Shown in pieces: positions 29,811-39,686 of a DNA stretch of 64,000 nt. Under the pieces are notes generated by a model that saw only the letters and a list, made by a program, of their open reading frames with translations, did no database searches and had not been told where the DNA came from. The position numbers and the translations under genes were made by a program. The DNA comes from Guyparkeria sp. (GTDB taxonomy: Bacteria; Pseudomonadota; Gammaproteobacteria; Halothiobacillales; Halothiobacillaceae): NCBI RefSeq assembly GCF_041687595.1, contig NZ_JAWLBP010000005.1, positions 10,377 to 74,376 on the forward strand, read 5' to 3'. The stretch's first letter is position 1. Every line of letters begins with the position of its first letter.

Positions 29811-30089
29811 ATGGATTCCGACCGCATTTCCTCCCAGACCATCGAAGAAGGCGCCCCCTCGGCGATCGCCCAGTACGAGAAGGCCCTGGGGGAACTCGAG
29901 CAGATCGTCGCCCGGCTGGAACAGGGCGATCAGAGCCTGGAGCAGTCGCTCCAGGACTACGAACGCGGAATCCGTCTCGAGCGCCAGTGCCAGAAGGCAC
30001 TCGACGAGGCCGAACAGCGCGTCAACGCCCTGAACGACTCGCCGGCGGAAGACGACGCTCCCTCCCGGGACGACGGCAGCCTGATCTGA
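29811..30089 (+). CDS. xseB: Exodeoxyribonuclease VII small subunit
   Basis: YEKALGELEQIV..LE.G..SLEQSL..YERG..L...C...L..AEQRV; xseB-ispA-dxs synteny. Confidence 0.93.
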   Translation: MDSDRISSQTIEEGAPSAIAQYEKALGELEQIVARLEQGDQSLEQSLQDYERGIRLERQCQKALDEAEQRVNALNDSPAEDDAPSRDDGSLI

Positions 30090-30096
30090 CCGCGTC

Positions 30097-31056
30097 GTGA
30101 TCCCGACTTCGACATCAGCCGACAAGCACCATTCGACGCCGGACTTCGATGCCTGGCTGGCCTCCCTGCGCGCCCATTTCGAGCCCCGCCTGGACAGCAC
30201 CCTCGATCGCCTGCTGGCAGACACCCCGACCGACCTGCAGGAAGCCATCCGCTACGCCGCCCTGGATGGTGGCAAGCGCCTGCGCCCCGCCCTGGTGTTC
30301 CTGGGCAGCCTCCACGGCCGCCCCTGGCCAGACCTGGACGACCCCGCCCACGAGAAGCTGTGGCCGGCGGCGATCGCCGTCGAGCTGATCCACGTCTACT
30401 CGCTGGTCCATGACGACATGCCCTGCATGGACGACGATGACCTGCGCCGCGGGCGCCCCACCCTGCACCGGGCCTTCGACGAGGCGACCGCCGTGCTCGC
30501 CGGTGACGCCATGCAGTCGCTCGCCTTCTCCGCACTGGCCGAGGCCCGGACGGACGAGGCCGTGCGACTGGACTGGATCCGGCGGCTGGCATCGGCATCC
30601 GGCCCTTCCGGCATGGTCGGCGGCCAGGCCATCGACCTGTCGCTGGCAGGAAACCGGAAAGCGAGCGAGATAGCCACGCTGGCCGACCTGCACGACCGCA
30701 AGACCGGGGCGCTGATCCGCGCGGCACTGGCCATGGGCGGGCGCTGGAGCGGACTGTCACCGCGCCAGACCGCACAGGTCGACTTGTTCGGCCGTCTGCT
30801 CGGCCGCGCCTTCCAGATCCAGGACGACATCCTCGACGTCACCGGCTCGGCCGAGGCACTGGGCAAGACGCCGGGCAAGGACCTGGCTGCGGACAAGTGC
30901 TCGTACGTGACCGTCGCGGGGCTCGAGGGAGCACGAAAGGAACTCGATGACACGGTTCGCCGCGCGCATGCCGCGCTGTGGGAACTGGGCACGCTGGGCA
31001 CCGACAGCCATGCGCTGAGCAGCTGCCTGGATTTCGTCATCCACCGCCAGCACTGA
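30097..31056 (+). CDS. ispA: Farnesyl diphosphate synthase
   Basis: GGKRLRP, DDMPCMDDDDLRRG, GQAID, KTGAL, FQIQDDILD, GKD. Confidence 0.94.
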   Translation: MIPTSTSADKHHSTPDFDAWLASLRAHFEPRLDSTLDRLLADTPTDLQEAIRYAALDGGKRLRPALVFLGSLHGRPWPDLDDPAHEKLWPAAIAVELIHVYSLVHDDMPCMDDDDLRRGRPTLHRAFDEATAVLAGDAMQSLAFSALAEARTDEAVRLDWIRRLASASGPSGMVGGQAIDLSLAGNRKASEIATLADLHDRKTGALIRAALAMGGRWSGLSPRQTAQVDLFGRLLGRAFQIQDDILDVTGSAEALGKTPGKDLAADKCSYVTVAGLEGARKELDDTVRRAHAALWELGTLGTDSHALSSCLDFVIHRQH

Positions 31057-31064
31057 CGGCCCCA

Positions 31065-32975
31065 ATGCCCCTTTCCTCCGTTCATACTCCGCATCTCGAC
31101 CTGATCGACAGCCCCGCCGACCTCAAGGGGCTGTCGCGTCCGACACTGCATGCGCTGGCCGAGGAACTGCGCACCGCCCTGCTCGCCCAGATCGATGCCA
31201 CCGGTGGACATCTCTCCGCCAACCTGGGCGTGGTGGAGCTCACCCTCGCCCTGCACCGGGTCTTCGACGCCCCCGAGGACCGGCTGGTGTGGGATGTCGG
31301 ACACCAGACCTACCTGCACAAGACGCTGACCGGCCGCCGCGGCGAGATCGGTCGGCTGCGCCAGCGCGGCGGCCCGGCCGGCTTCACCCGCCGAGCGGAA
31401 AGCCCGTACGATCCGTTCGGAGCCGGCCACTCCAGCACCTCGATCAGCGCGGCACTGGGGATGGCCATCGCCGCCAGGCAGCAAGGTTCGGCCCGTCACG
31501 CGGTGGCGATCATCGGTGACGGCGCGATGACCGCGGGCCAGGCCTTCGAGGCACTAAACCATGCCGGCGACTGCCGCGCCGATCTCCTGGTCATCCTCAA
31601 CGATAACGAGATGAGCATTTCGCCGAACGTCGGGGCGCTCAACCAGCACTTGACCCGTCTGCGCAGCCTGCCGCTGATCGAGAAGCTGCGTCATTCGGGC
31701 GAGAGTGTGCTCGCCCAGGCCGGTCCCCTGGGCGACCTGCTCGGCTCGACCCGGGCAAGCCTGCGCGACGGCATGCGTCACCTGACGGGGGCGAGCAGCC
31801 TGTTCGAGGAACTGGGTTTCCGTTACTTCGGCCCGATCGACGGGCACGACCTCGATGCCCTGCTCGACACGTTGGGCAACCTGCGAGACCAGCCCGGCCC
31901 GCGACTGCTGCACGTCGTCACGCAGAAGGGGCGGGGACTAGACGAGGCCGAGCGCGACCCGGTGCGTTACCACGGGGTCGGGCAACGCACTGTCAGCCGG
32001 CTGGCCTCCAAGGAGATCGCTCCGCCCGCCAGCCCCTCCACGCGCCCGACGTGGACCGAAGCCACCGCCGAAATCCTCTGCCGCCGGGCCGAGAGCGACC
32101 CGCGAATCGTCACCATCACGCCGGCGATGGTGGAGGGCTCCGGCCTCAAGACATTCCAGGAGCGCTTCCCGGACCGCCTACACGATGTCGGCATCGCCGA
32201 ACAGCACGCCGTCACGCTCGCCGGCGGCCTGGCCACCGAGGGCCTGCGTCCGGTGGTCGCGATCTACTCGACCTTCCTGCAACGCGCCTGGGACCAGGTG
32301 ATCCACGACATCGCCCTGCAGAATCTGCCGGTGGTATTCCTCGTCGACCGCGCCGGGCTCGTGGGCCCGGACGGCCCGACCCATGCCGGCAGCTTCGACA
32401 TGTCGCTCGGCCTGAGCGTGCCGAACCTCCGGCTAGCCGCCCCAGCCGATCAGCGCGATCTCGAGGCGGCCATGGAGACAGCTCTGGCACACGACGGGCC
32501 GACGATGATCCGCTTCCCACGTGACCGCTGTCCCGCCGATCTGGGTGGAGCCGCGGGTAGCGACTCCTGGGCACCACGCCTGATCCGGCGCAGCAGTAAT
32601 GCTGGACGACGTCTGTTGCTGATCGCCGTCGGCCCGCTGACCGAGACACTGCAGCCCATCTGCGAGGAACTCGACCTGACCCTGCTCGACCTGCGCTGGG
32701 TCAAGCCGTTGCCCTTCGAGGCAATCGCGGAACTGGCCGAGGCACATGCGGGGGTCGTGACCGTCGAGGAAGGCAGCCGCATCGGCGGGGTGGGCGCGGA
32801 GATCCTCTCGCGGCTGCTCGAGTCGGGCAACCCGCGACCGGCCCTGCGACTCGGCATCGAGGACCGCTTCATCGAGCACGGCAGCCGCGACGAATGCCTG
32901 GCCGACACCGGGCTTGATTTTCAGTCACTTGCCGATAGTATCGCCGCATTCCTCGACAGGATTTCCGACTCATGA
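31065..32975 (+). CDS. dxs: 1-deoxy-D-xylulose-5-phosphate synthase
   Basis: GGH, DVGHQ, GDGAMTAG..FEALN, DVGIAEQH, YSTFLQR, DRAG, DGPTH. Confidence 0.97.
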   Translation: MPLSSVHTPHLDLIDSPADLKGLSRPTLHALAEELRTALLAQIDATGGHLSANLGVVELTLALHRVFDAPEDRLVWDVGHQTYLHKTLTGRRGEIGRLRQRGGPAGFTRRAESPYDPFGAGHSSTSISAALGMAIAARQQGSARHAVAIIGDGAMTAGQAFEALNHAGDCRADLLVILNDNEMSISPNVGALNQHLTRLRSLPLIEKLRHSGESVLAQAGPLGDLLGSTRASLRDGMRHLTGASSLFEELGFRYFGPIDGHDLDALLDTLGNLRDQPGPRLLHVVTQKGRGLDEAERDPVRYHGVGQRTVSRLASKEIAPPASPSTRPTWTEATAEILCRRAESDPRIVTITPAMVEGSGLKTFQERFPDRLHDVGIAEQHAVTLAGGLATEGLRPVVAIYSTFLQRAWDQVIHDIALQNLPVVFLVDRAGLVGPDGPTHAGSFDMSLGLSVPNLRLAAPADQRDLEAAMETALAHDGPTMIRFPRDRCPADLGGAAGSDSWAPRLIRRSSNAGRRLLLIAVGPLTETLQPICEELDLTLLDLRWVKPLPFEAIAELAEAHAGVVTVEEGSRIGGVGAEILSRLLESGNPRPALRLGIEDRFIEHGSRDECLADTGLDFQSLADSIAAFLDRISDS

Positions 32976-33373
32976 CCGACCATTCCGCCCGGACCAGTGG
33001 GCCCACCTATACCCTGACCACCGAAGTGGAATTCGCCGCGGCCCACCGCCTGCACGGCTACGACGGCAACTGCGCGCGCCTGCACGGCCACAACTGGCGG
33101 GTAGTGGTCGAGGTGACCGGCACCCAGCTCGATTCGGTGGGCATGGTGATGGACTTCAAGGAGATCCGTGCGCGGGCACGCGAGGTCGCCAAGGGGCTCG
33201 ACCACGCCTATCTCAACGAGATCCCGCCCTTCGACATGATCAATCCCACCGCCGAAAATCTCGCGGCCTACTTCCACCGCGAGATCGCCCGGCTGGTCGA
33301 CGGTGAGACGTACCAGTGCTCGGCGGTCACCGTATGGGAAAACGAGCGCTCCGCGGTGACCTTCCGACCGTGA
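32972..33373 (+). CDS. queD: 6-carboxytetrahydropterin synthase
   Basis: FAAAHRL, C.RLHGHN, DF, LDH..LN, PTAEN, WE. Confidence 0.93.
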   Translation: MTDHSARTSGPTYTLTTEVEFAAAHRLHGYDGNCARLHGHNWRVVVEVTGTQLDSVGMVMDFKEIRARAREVAKGLDHAYLNEIPPFDMINPTAENLAAYFHREIARLVDGETYQCSAVTVWENERSAVTFRP

Positions 33374-33450
33374 CCTGCCGCCTGTGCTAGAGTCACCCCC
33401 GAGCGGCCATTAGCCCGCTTTATCCATTCAACATGCACCGAATAGCTTCC

Positions 33451-34239
33451 ATGAACAGTCACGAAATGCCCGATGTCCAGTCCAGCCACGATGCGCGCGA
33501 CATCGCCATCGACCAGGTGGGCATCAAGGCCATCCGTCACCCGATGACCCTCGTCGATGGCGATCAGGAACAGGCCACCGTCGCCGAGTGCCAACTCACC
33601 GTGGGCCTGCCCGCCGACCGCAAGGGCACTCACATGTCGCGCTTCGTGGCACTGCTCAACGAGAACCCGTTGCGCCTGTCATTGTCGGGAATGGCCGACT
33701 GGACACGGGCAATGGTGGACAGGCTCGAGGCCAACGCTGGCGAGGCGCATTTCACCTTCCCGTACTTCGTGCGGAAGGACGCCCCCGTGAGTGGCCAGCC
33801 GGCGGTGATGGATTACGACGTCACCCTCAGCGGCCACCTCGAGCATGGCCGGGCACGCACCATGCTCAAGCTGGTGATCCCGGTGACAAGCCTCTGCCCC
33901 TGCTCCAAGGAAATCTCCGCGTACGGTGCGCACAACCAGCGTTCGCACATCACGGTCGAGACCGAGATCAGTGACACCGCCCTGGCCATCCACGACCTGA
34001 TTGCCGCGGTCGAGGCACAAGGTTCCTGCCCGCTGTGGGGGCTGCTCAAGCGTCCGGACGAGAAGTACATCACCGAGTACGCCTTCGACAATCCCAAGTT
34101 CGTGGAGGACATGGTTCGCGATGTCGCCAGCGCCCTCGACGACTTCGAAGGCATCAACGGCTTCGAGATCAGCGTGGAGAACTTCGAGTCTATCCACAAC
34201 CACTCGGCATGGGCCGTGATCCGCCGTCCGGCGCGCTGA
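33451..34239 (+). CDS. folE2: GTP cyclohydrolase IB
   Basis: PDVQ, KGTHMSRF, SLCPCSKEIS..GAHNQRS, LLKRPDEK, NPKFVED, ESIHNH. Confidence 0.96.
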   Translation: MNSHEMPDVQSSHDARDIAIDQVGIKAIRHPMTLVDGDQEQATVAECQLTVGLPADRKGTHMSRFVALLNENPLRLSLSGMADWTRAMVDRLEANAGEAHFTFPYFVRKDAPVSGQPAVMDYDVTLSGHLEHGRARTMLKLVIPVTSLCPCSKEISAYGAHNQRSHITVETEISDTALAIHDLIAAVEAQGSCPLWGLLKRPDEKYITEYAFDNPKFVEDMVRDVASALDDFEGINGFEISVENFESIHNHSAWAVIRRPAR

Positions 34240-34261
34240 CACCCAGCCCGGGAGCGACATG

Positions 34262-34295
34262 AAAAAGGGCCCCGTCGATCGACGGGGCCCTTCTT
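34262..34295. terminator. Bidirectional terminator between folE2 and bamC
   Basis: AAAAAGGGCCCCGTCGATCGACGGGGCCCTTCTT. Confidence 0.85.
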
Positions 34296-34333
34296 GCATC
34301 CGGCCGGGCGAAAAGGCCCGGTCCGACTCGACC

Positions 34334-35443
34334 TCACTCCAGCTCGGACTTGATCCGGGACAGGACGACCGAGCGATCCTCCGGCAGCGAGCCACCGGCC
34401 ACGTTGATGGTACGGATGCGGACGTCGGTACCGCCATCTCGGCGCGGCTCGACCCGAAGCGTCAGATGGAGTGTCATCTCGGCATCCTTGTCGATCGTCA
34501 CGCCGCGCATGAGGATGCCCTCGTAGAGCGCCTGCGGGTAGGGGTGGCTCACCTCGACCTCACCCGTGTCCCGATCCCGGGAGACCGGATCGAAGCCCAG
34601 ACGGTCCAGCGCCAGCCCCAGCCGGTTCCATACCTTCGGGTAGGACTGAGTCACCACGACGTGGCGATCCTCGGGCTCGTCCCCTTCCACCTTGGCCCGC
34701 GGGCTGAACTTGGCACCCACCATCTGCCGCGCCTCCTCGGCACTGCCGCCAGACAGGTAGGCCGCCAGTCTTGCCATGGTCTCGGCATTCATCGACGGGT
34801 CGTCCACCGCGTTGCTGTACTTGAAGGTGTCGCTCTCGTCACCCGGCATCAGGGGCTCGTCGCCGGTCAGCTCGCGCTTCTGGCTGGTGACGAACACCAG
34901 CGTTTCGCCGGCGTCGTCGCCCCGCTCGATGCGCAGGCGCACCCGCTCGATGAAATCGGGTTTGAAGAGGGTATCCGCCGCGACCCGGAGGAAATTCATG
35001 ATGGAAAAGCCGGTCTGGTCACCACTGGCCAGCCCGGTCCACTCGGTCTCGATCAGCCCGGCGCTCGCCTCCTGGCGGCGGATCGTGTAGCCCTCCTCGC
35101 GCAGGAAGTCGCGCAGTTTCGGCCATACGGCGTCCGGCTCGGCTGCCACCACCAGGTAGCGCGACCCCGGCTCTCCGGCGACCTGGATGTCGGTTCCCGA
35201 GTCGAGCACCCCGCCGGATTCGCGGCGATCCATCTGCTCGGCACGGGCGGAGGCGATCTCCGGAAGTGCCACCGCCCCGCCGGATGTCGGCCGAGTGAAT
35301 TCCGGCGGCACCTCAAGGTTGGCGGCCCGGTCGGCCTGACGATCGTCACCACCGAAGAACGGGACGCTGGAGCAGCCGCTGATCAGGCCGGCGGCCGCCA
35401 CCGTCGCCAAGGTCAGCATCCGGGAAGGGTTGGTGTGTCGCAT
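34334..35443 (-). CDS. bamC: Outer membrane assembly lipoprotein BamC
   Basis: Lipobox ISGC, LEVPP, W..L..F, G.IETEW, W.RL..ALD..GF; dapA-bamC synteny. Confidence 0.85.
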   Translation of the reverse strand: MRHTNPSRMLTLATVAAAGLISGCSSVPFFGGDDRQADRAANLEVPPEFTRPTSGGAVALPEIASARAEQMDRRESGGVLDSGTDIQVAGEPGSRYLVVAAEPDAVWPKLRDFLREEGYTIRRQEASAGLIETEWTGLASGDQTGFSIMNFLRVAADTLFKPDFIERVRLRIERGDDAGETLVFVTSQKRELTGDEPLMPGDESDTFKYSNAVDDPSMNAETMARLAAYLSGGSAEEARQMVGAKFSPRAKVEGDEPEDRHVVVTQSYPKVWNRLGLALDRLGFDPVSRDRDTGEVEVSHPYPQALYEGILMRGVTIDKDAEMTLHLTLRVEPRRDGGTDVRIRTINVAGGSLPEDRSVVLSRIKSELE

Positions 35444-35480
35444 ACCTGTTGTTTTCCAGTGTGTATTGATCATGAGTGGG

Positions 35481-36377
35481 TCACTGCCCGTCGAGGCAAC
35501 CGGCTTCACCGAGCGCCTGCTCAAGGCCGGCGTGGCAGAAATCGGCCAGCGGGGTCAGCGGCAGGCGCAACGTGGGTCCAATCAGGCCCAGGCGGTGCAG
35601 GGCCCACTTGACCGGGATGGGGTTGGTCTGACAGAAAAGTTCACGGTGGAGAGGAGCAAGACGGCCGTCGAGACGCTCGGTCTCCTCGCTATCGCCCCCA
35701 AGCGCCGCCTCGGCCATCCGCGACATCAGGGCCGGCGCGACATTGGCGGTGACCGAGATGCTGCCTTGACCGCCAGAAAGCATGCAGGCCGCCCCAAGAT
35801 TGTCCTCTCCGCTGTAGACGGCGAAGCCCTCCGGGCGGCGAGCCATCACGTCGCGCATGCGCTCGATCGAGCCCGTGGCCTCCTTGATCCCGACGATGTT
35901 GCGATGCTCGGCCAGGGCCAACGTGGTTTCCGGCGCCATGTCCACGGCCGTGCGGCCCGGGACGTTGTACAGGATCATCGGCAGGTCGACGGCATCCGCG
36001 ATCACCCGGAAATGCTGCAACAGGCCTTCCTGCGTGGGCTTGTTGTAGTAGGGCGTGACCGACAGGTGGGCATCGGCCCCGGCCGCCCTGGCCCCACGGG
36101 CCAAGGCCAGGGCCTCGCGAGTGGAATTCGCCCCGGTACCGGCGATCACCGGCACCCGCCCGGCGGTCAGGTCCACCGTCGCCCGGATCACGGCGATGTG
36201 TTCCTCGTAATCGAGCGTCGCCGATTCGCCAGTGGTTCCCACCGCGACGATGGCATGCGTGCCGGACGCAACGTGCCACTCGATCAGGCGTTTGAGACCG
36301 ACATAATCCACTGCGCCGTCGTCATGCAATGGGGTGACCAGGGCCACCATGCTGCCGGTAATCGTGTTCGCCGTCAT
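35481..36377 (-). CDS. dapA: 4-hydroxy-tetrahydrodipicolinate synthase
   Basis: ALVTP, GTTGESATL, PYYNKP, YNVPGRT, GIKEATG, NPIPVK. Confidence 0.97.
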   Translation of the reverse strand: MTANTITGSMVALVTPLHDDGAVDYVGLKRLIEWHVASGTHAIVAVGTTGESATLDYEEHIAVIRATVDLTAGRVPVIAGTGANSTREALALARGARAAGADAHLSVTPYYNKPTQEGLLQHFRVIADAVDLPMILYNVPGRTAVDMAPETTLALAEHRNIVGIKEATGSIERMRDVMARRPEGFAVYSGEDNLGAACMLSGGQGSISVTANVAPALMSRMAEAALGGDSEETERLDGRLAPLHRELFCQTNPIPVKWALHRLGLIGPTLRLPLTPLADFCHAGLEQALGEAGCLDGQ

Positions 36378-36631
36378 GTCGCCTCGCGTGCTCTCTCGTG
36401 CTGGGAACGTGGGGCCGGGCCCCGTATGCGCCTGCCGGGCGCGGCAGGACCAAACTCGCATAGTACCGGCAGATATCAACCAGTGACAAGCCGACTCCGA
36501 CTCGCGTCACGCCGCGGCGGATGCACCGCCCGACGCGGAGGCGGCCGACTGCTATATTGGAGCCGAGGGGACCGGAGAAACCGGCCCGACGATCATCACA
36601 ATGTCACCAGAGAGCGGTTATACCCGAAGCG

Positions 36632-37126
36632 ATGAGCAAACAGACCTCCAGCACGCCCTCCCCTTCTCCTCGTCCCGGCGACCCGGCCCCGGATTTTCAT
36701 GGTCAGACTGGCGATGGTCAGTCCATTTCACTCGCCGACTGCCGTGGGCATTCGCTGGTCCTCTACTTCTACCCGCGCGACAACACCCCAGGGTGCACCA
36801 CGGAGGCCCGGGATTTCCAGGCACGGCTTGCCGATTTCGAGGCGCGGGGGGCACGGGTGATTGGGGTGTCCAACGATGACGAGACCAGCCATCGGCGCTT
36901 CTGCGACAAGCAGGGCCTGACCTTCCCACTCATCGCCGACACCGACCGCGCGATCAGCCGGGCCTACGACGTGCTGCGGATGAAGAACATGTTCGGCAAG
37001 CGCTTCGAGGGCATCGAGCGCAGCACCTTCCTGATCGACGCCGAGGGCATGGTCCGCCAGGCTTGGCGCAAGGTGAAGGTGCCGAGGCACGTCGAGGAGG
37101 TGCTCGAGGCCCTCGATTCACTCTGA
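36632..37126 (+). CDS. bcp: Peroxiredoxin Bcp/PrxQ
   Basis: LYFYPRDNTPGCTTEA, ERSTFLID, W.KVKV..H. Confidence 0.93.
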   Translation: MSKQTSSTPSPSPRPGDPAPDFHGQTGDGQSISLADCRGHSLVLYFYPRDNTPGCTTEARDFQARLADFEARGARVIGVSNDDETSHRRFCDKQGLTFPLIADTDRAISRAYDVLRMKNMFGKRFEGIERSTFLIDAEGMVRQAWRKVKVPRHVEEVLEALDSL

Positions 37127-37184
37127 CGCAAAGCGACCGGGGCCGACCGTCCCGGCAACGACACAACAGGGAAGCCCCGCAACG

Positions 37185-38609
37185 ATGATCAGCCAGATTC
37201 GCGAGAACCGCTGCCTTTTCGTACTCGATACCAACGTCCTCATGCACGACCCCACGGCCCTATTCCGCTTCATGGAGCACGACATCTATCTGCCCATGAT
37301 CGTTCTGGAGGAATTGGACGCCGGCAAGAAGGGGCAGTCGGAAACGGCACGCAACGTTCGCCAGGTCAGCCGCTTCCTCGACGAGATGCTCAGCGACGTC
37401 GACATCGGTACCATCAACGAGGGGCTGGCCATCCACAGCGCCATCCGCGACCCGGACGAGCACAACGCCAAGCCCAGCGGCCGGCTCTTCCTGCAAACCC
37501 GCGAGGAAGACGACGAACTGCCGGTCCGGCTGCCCGGGAGCCGGGCGGACAACCAGATCCTCGGCATCACGCTGGGGCTCAAGGAAAGGATCCGGGACAG
37601 GGAAGTCATCCTGGTCTCGAAGGACATCAACCTGCGCATCAAGGCCACGGCGGTCGGACTGAACGCCGAGGACTACCACAATGACCAGGTCCTGGACGAT
37701 GTCTCGCTCTTGCACACTGGTCACGAGGCGCTTGACCCGACATTCTGGGAAACCCATGCGGACTCGCTGGAATCCTGGCAGGAGGAAGGCCAGGTCTTCT
37801 ACCGGGTCCACGGGGCTGACACCTCGGAGTGGTATCCCAATCTCTACCTGCACCTCGACGAACCCGCCCCGTTCACGGCGGTGGTCCGGCAGGTGGAGAA
37901 CGAGGGCACCGCGGTGCTGGAGAGCGTCGCCAACTACCAGCAGGAACGCCATGCCGTCTGGGGCATCACGGCCCGGAATCGCGAGCAAAGCTTCGCACTC
38001 AATGCCCTGATGGACCCGGATATCGACTTCGTCAGCCTGCTCGGCCAGGCCGGGACCGGCAAGACGCTGCTCACCCTCGCCGCCGCGCTGACGCAGACGC
38101 TGGAACAGAAGGAATTCACGGAGATCGTCATGACGCGGGTGACTATCCCGGTCGGCGAGGACATCGGGTTCCTGCCCGGTACGGAGGAGGAGAAGATGAC
38201 GCCCTGGATGGGGGCGCTCATGGACAACCTCGAGGTGCTGGCCAAGACCGACGGCGGAGGCGGTTCCTGGGAACGCGCGGCGACCAACGATCTCCTGCAG
38301 TCACGCATCAAGATCCGTTCGCTCAATTTCATGCGCGGGCGCACCTTCCAGAAGAAGTTCGTCATCATCGACGAGGCCCAGAACCTCACGGCCAAGCAGA
38401 TGCGCACGCTGATCACTCGCGCGGGGCCGGGCACCAAGATGGTCTGTCTCGGCAATATCGCGCAGATCGACACGCCCTATCTGACCGAGACCTCCTCCGG
38501 GCTGACCTACGTGGTCGACCGGTTCCGTGGCTGGCCGCACGGTGCACACGTCACCCTCACCCGGGGCGAACGTTCCCGTCTGGCCGAGTTTGCCGCGGAG
38601 GTCCTGTAA
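37185..38609 (+). CDS. PIN-PhoH (PhoH2/YlaK-type) protein
   Basis: N-terminal PIN domain VLDTNV...EELD...SKDINLR; C-terminal GQAGTGKT, GFLPG, RGRT, DEAQN. Confidence 0.93.
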   Translation: MISQIRENRCLFVLDTNVLMHDPTALFRFMEHDIYLPMIVLEELDAGKKGQSETARNVRQVSRFLDEMLSDVDIGTINEGLAIHSAIRDPDEHNAKPSGRLFLQTREEDDELPVRLPGSRADNQILGITLGLKERIRDREVILVSKDINLRIKATAVGLNAEDYHNDQVLDDVSLLHTGHEALDPTFWETHADSLESWQEEGQVFYRVHGADTSEWYPNLYLHLDEPAPFTAVVRQVENEGTAVLESVANYQQERHAVWGITARNREQSFALNALMDPDIDFVSLLGQAGTGKTLLTLAAALTQTLEQKEFTEIVMTRVTIPVGEDIGFLPGTEEEKMTPWMGALMDNLEVLAKTDGGGGSWERAATNDLLQSRIKIRSLNFMRGRTFQKKFVIIDEAQNLTAKQMRTLITRAGPGTKMVCLGNIAQIDTPYLTETSSGLTYVVDRFRGWPHGAHVTLTRGERSRLAEFAAEVL

Positions 38610-38691
38610 CCGACCGTTTCACCCGGGAATACCACGCCGACATGCCGAAAAATCGCTCCATGTCCATGTTTCCCAAGGGGAAATGAACAGA

Positions 38692-38754
38692 TTAAGCCCC
38701 TTTATCAGCGGTAAATTAATAAAGTTTGTAAGCATCTTCTAATGGGCAGATAAT
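38692..38754 (+). promoter_or_regulatory. AT-rich promoter of the DUF302 gene with LysR-like boxes
   Basis: TTGTAA(38726)-17 nt-GATAAT(38749); TTA-N7-TTA-N7-TAA array at 38692-38714. Confidence 0.55.
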
Positions 38755-38800
38755 CGGCATTGCTTCCAAAGCAAAAAGATTCCACAGGGAGAGTCAAACA

Positions 38801-39370
38801 ATGCGTAACTTTTTCAAGGCATCCATCCTCGGTGCCGCCATCCTCACGCTGTCCGGTTGCGGCTTCATGTCCATCAAGGGCGATCTCGACCCGAAAGCCA
38901 TGGACATCTATGGCGAAATGTATGACAAGTTCGTCGAGAGCGGCGGCGACCTAGGTGCCGCCACGGTCTGGCACATGGAAGTCGACGAAGGCCTGACGAA
39001 GGAAGACATCAAGGTGAGCATCGAGTCGGCCGCTGTCGGCACGGGCCTGATGAACGTCGGCGAGATGCCGCTTTCCAAGCAGCTCGAGCTGGAGACCGGC
39101 GAAGAGCAGCGCTACCTGATGATCTATCAGTACTGCAGCCCGCAGATCGCCCGCCTGGCCGTCAACTTCAGCCCGTACTTCTCCGCCTACCTGCCCTGCC
39201 GCATCGCCGTGGTCGAGGACGACGAGGGCCGCTACCATCTCTACGGCCTGAACATGGACATGTTCGTGCACGGTGGCAAGGAAATGCCGGAAGAGTTCAA
39301 GAAGGAAGCGATGCACGTACGTGACACCATGTACAAGATGATGGAAGCGGGCGCCAGCGGCGGCTTCTAA
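38801..39370 (+). CDS. DUF302-domain lipoprotein
   Basis: Lipobox LSGC; YQYCSP..A......P.FSAYLPCRIAVVED DUF302 motif; own RBS and terminator. Confidence 0.85.
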   Translation: MRNFFKASILGAAILTLSGCGFMSIKGDLDPKAMDIYGEMYDKFVESGGDLGAATVWHMEVDEGLTKEDIKVSIESAAVGTGLMNVGEMPLSKQLELETGEEQRYLMIYQYCSPQIARLAVNFSPYFSAYLPCRIAVVEDDEGRYHLYGLNMDMFVHGGKEMPEEFKKEAMHVRDTMYKMMEAGASGGF

Positions 39371-39412
39371 GCCAACCTGACCCTTCCACCGGCCGGCCCT
39401 ATGGCCGACCCG

Positions 39413-39447
39413 AAACCCGGCGCGGGCTCCGCGCCGGGTTTTTCTTT
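39413..39447 (+). terminator. Rho-independent terminator after the DUF302 gene
   Basis: AAACCCGGCGCGG-GCT-CCGCGCCGGGTTTTTCTTT. Confidence 0.9.
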
Positions 39448-39618
39448 GTACGGAAAATGGCAACGGCCGACCGTTGCCGCAGCAGGGCGTGATGTCGACA
39501 CCGTACACTTCGCCATGCCGTGGACATCGAACGCCGTTGAATGGCACTTAACGTGACCACCTCGCCTGCAACTCGGCTCGGCAACGGTGGCAGCCCGGTG
39601 GCCAGTACAGCACGCATC

Positions 39619-39653
39619 AAAAAGGCCCGCCTGTCCATCGACAGGCGGGCCTT
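39619..39653 (-). terminator. Rho-independent terminator after the LysR gene
   Basis: AAGGCCCGCCTGTC-CATC-GACAGGCGGGCCTT with an A-run on the + strand. Confidence 0.88.
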
Positions 39654-39686
39654 CAGGATGGTTCGTGCCGCTAGAGGGCGGAGGCG

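Noticed and set aside
36378-36631. Absence of gcvR between dapA and bcp
   Set aside because: Simple lineage difference from the E. coli order; no remnant recognised.
37185-38609. PIN-PhoH as a toxin-antitoxin or phage gene
   Set aside because: Common chromosomal bcp-phoH arrangement; no antitoxin or phage genes nearby.
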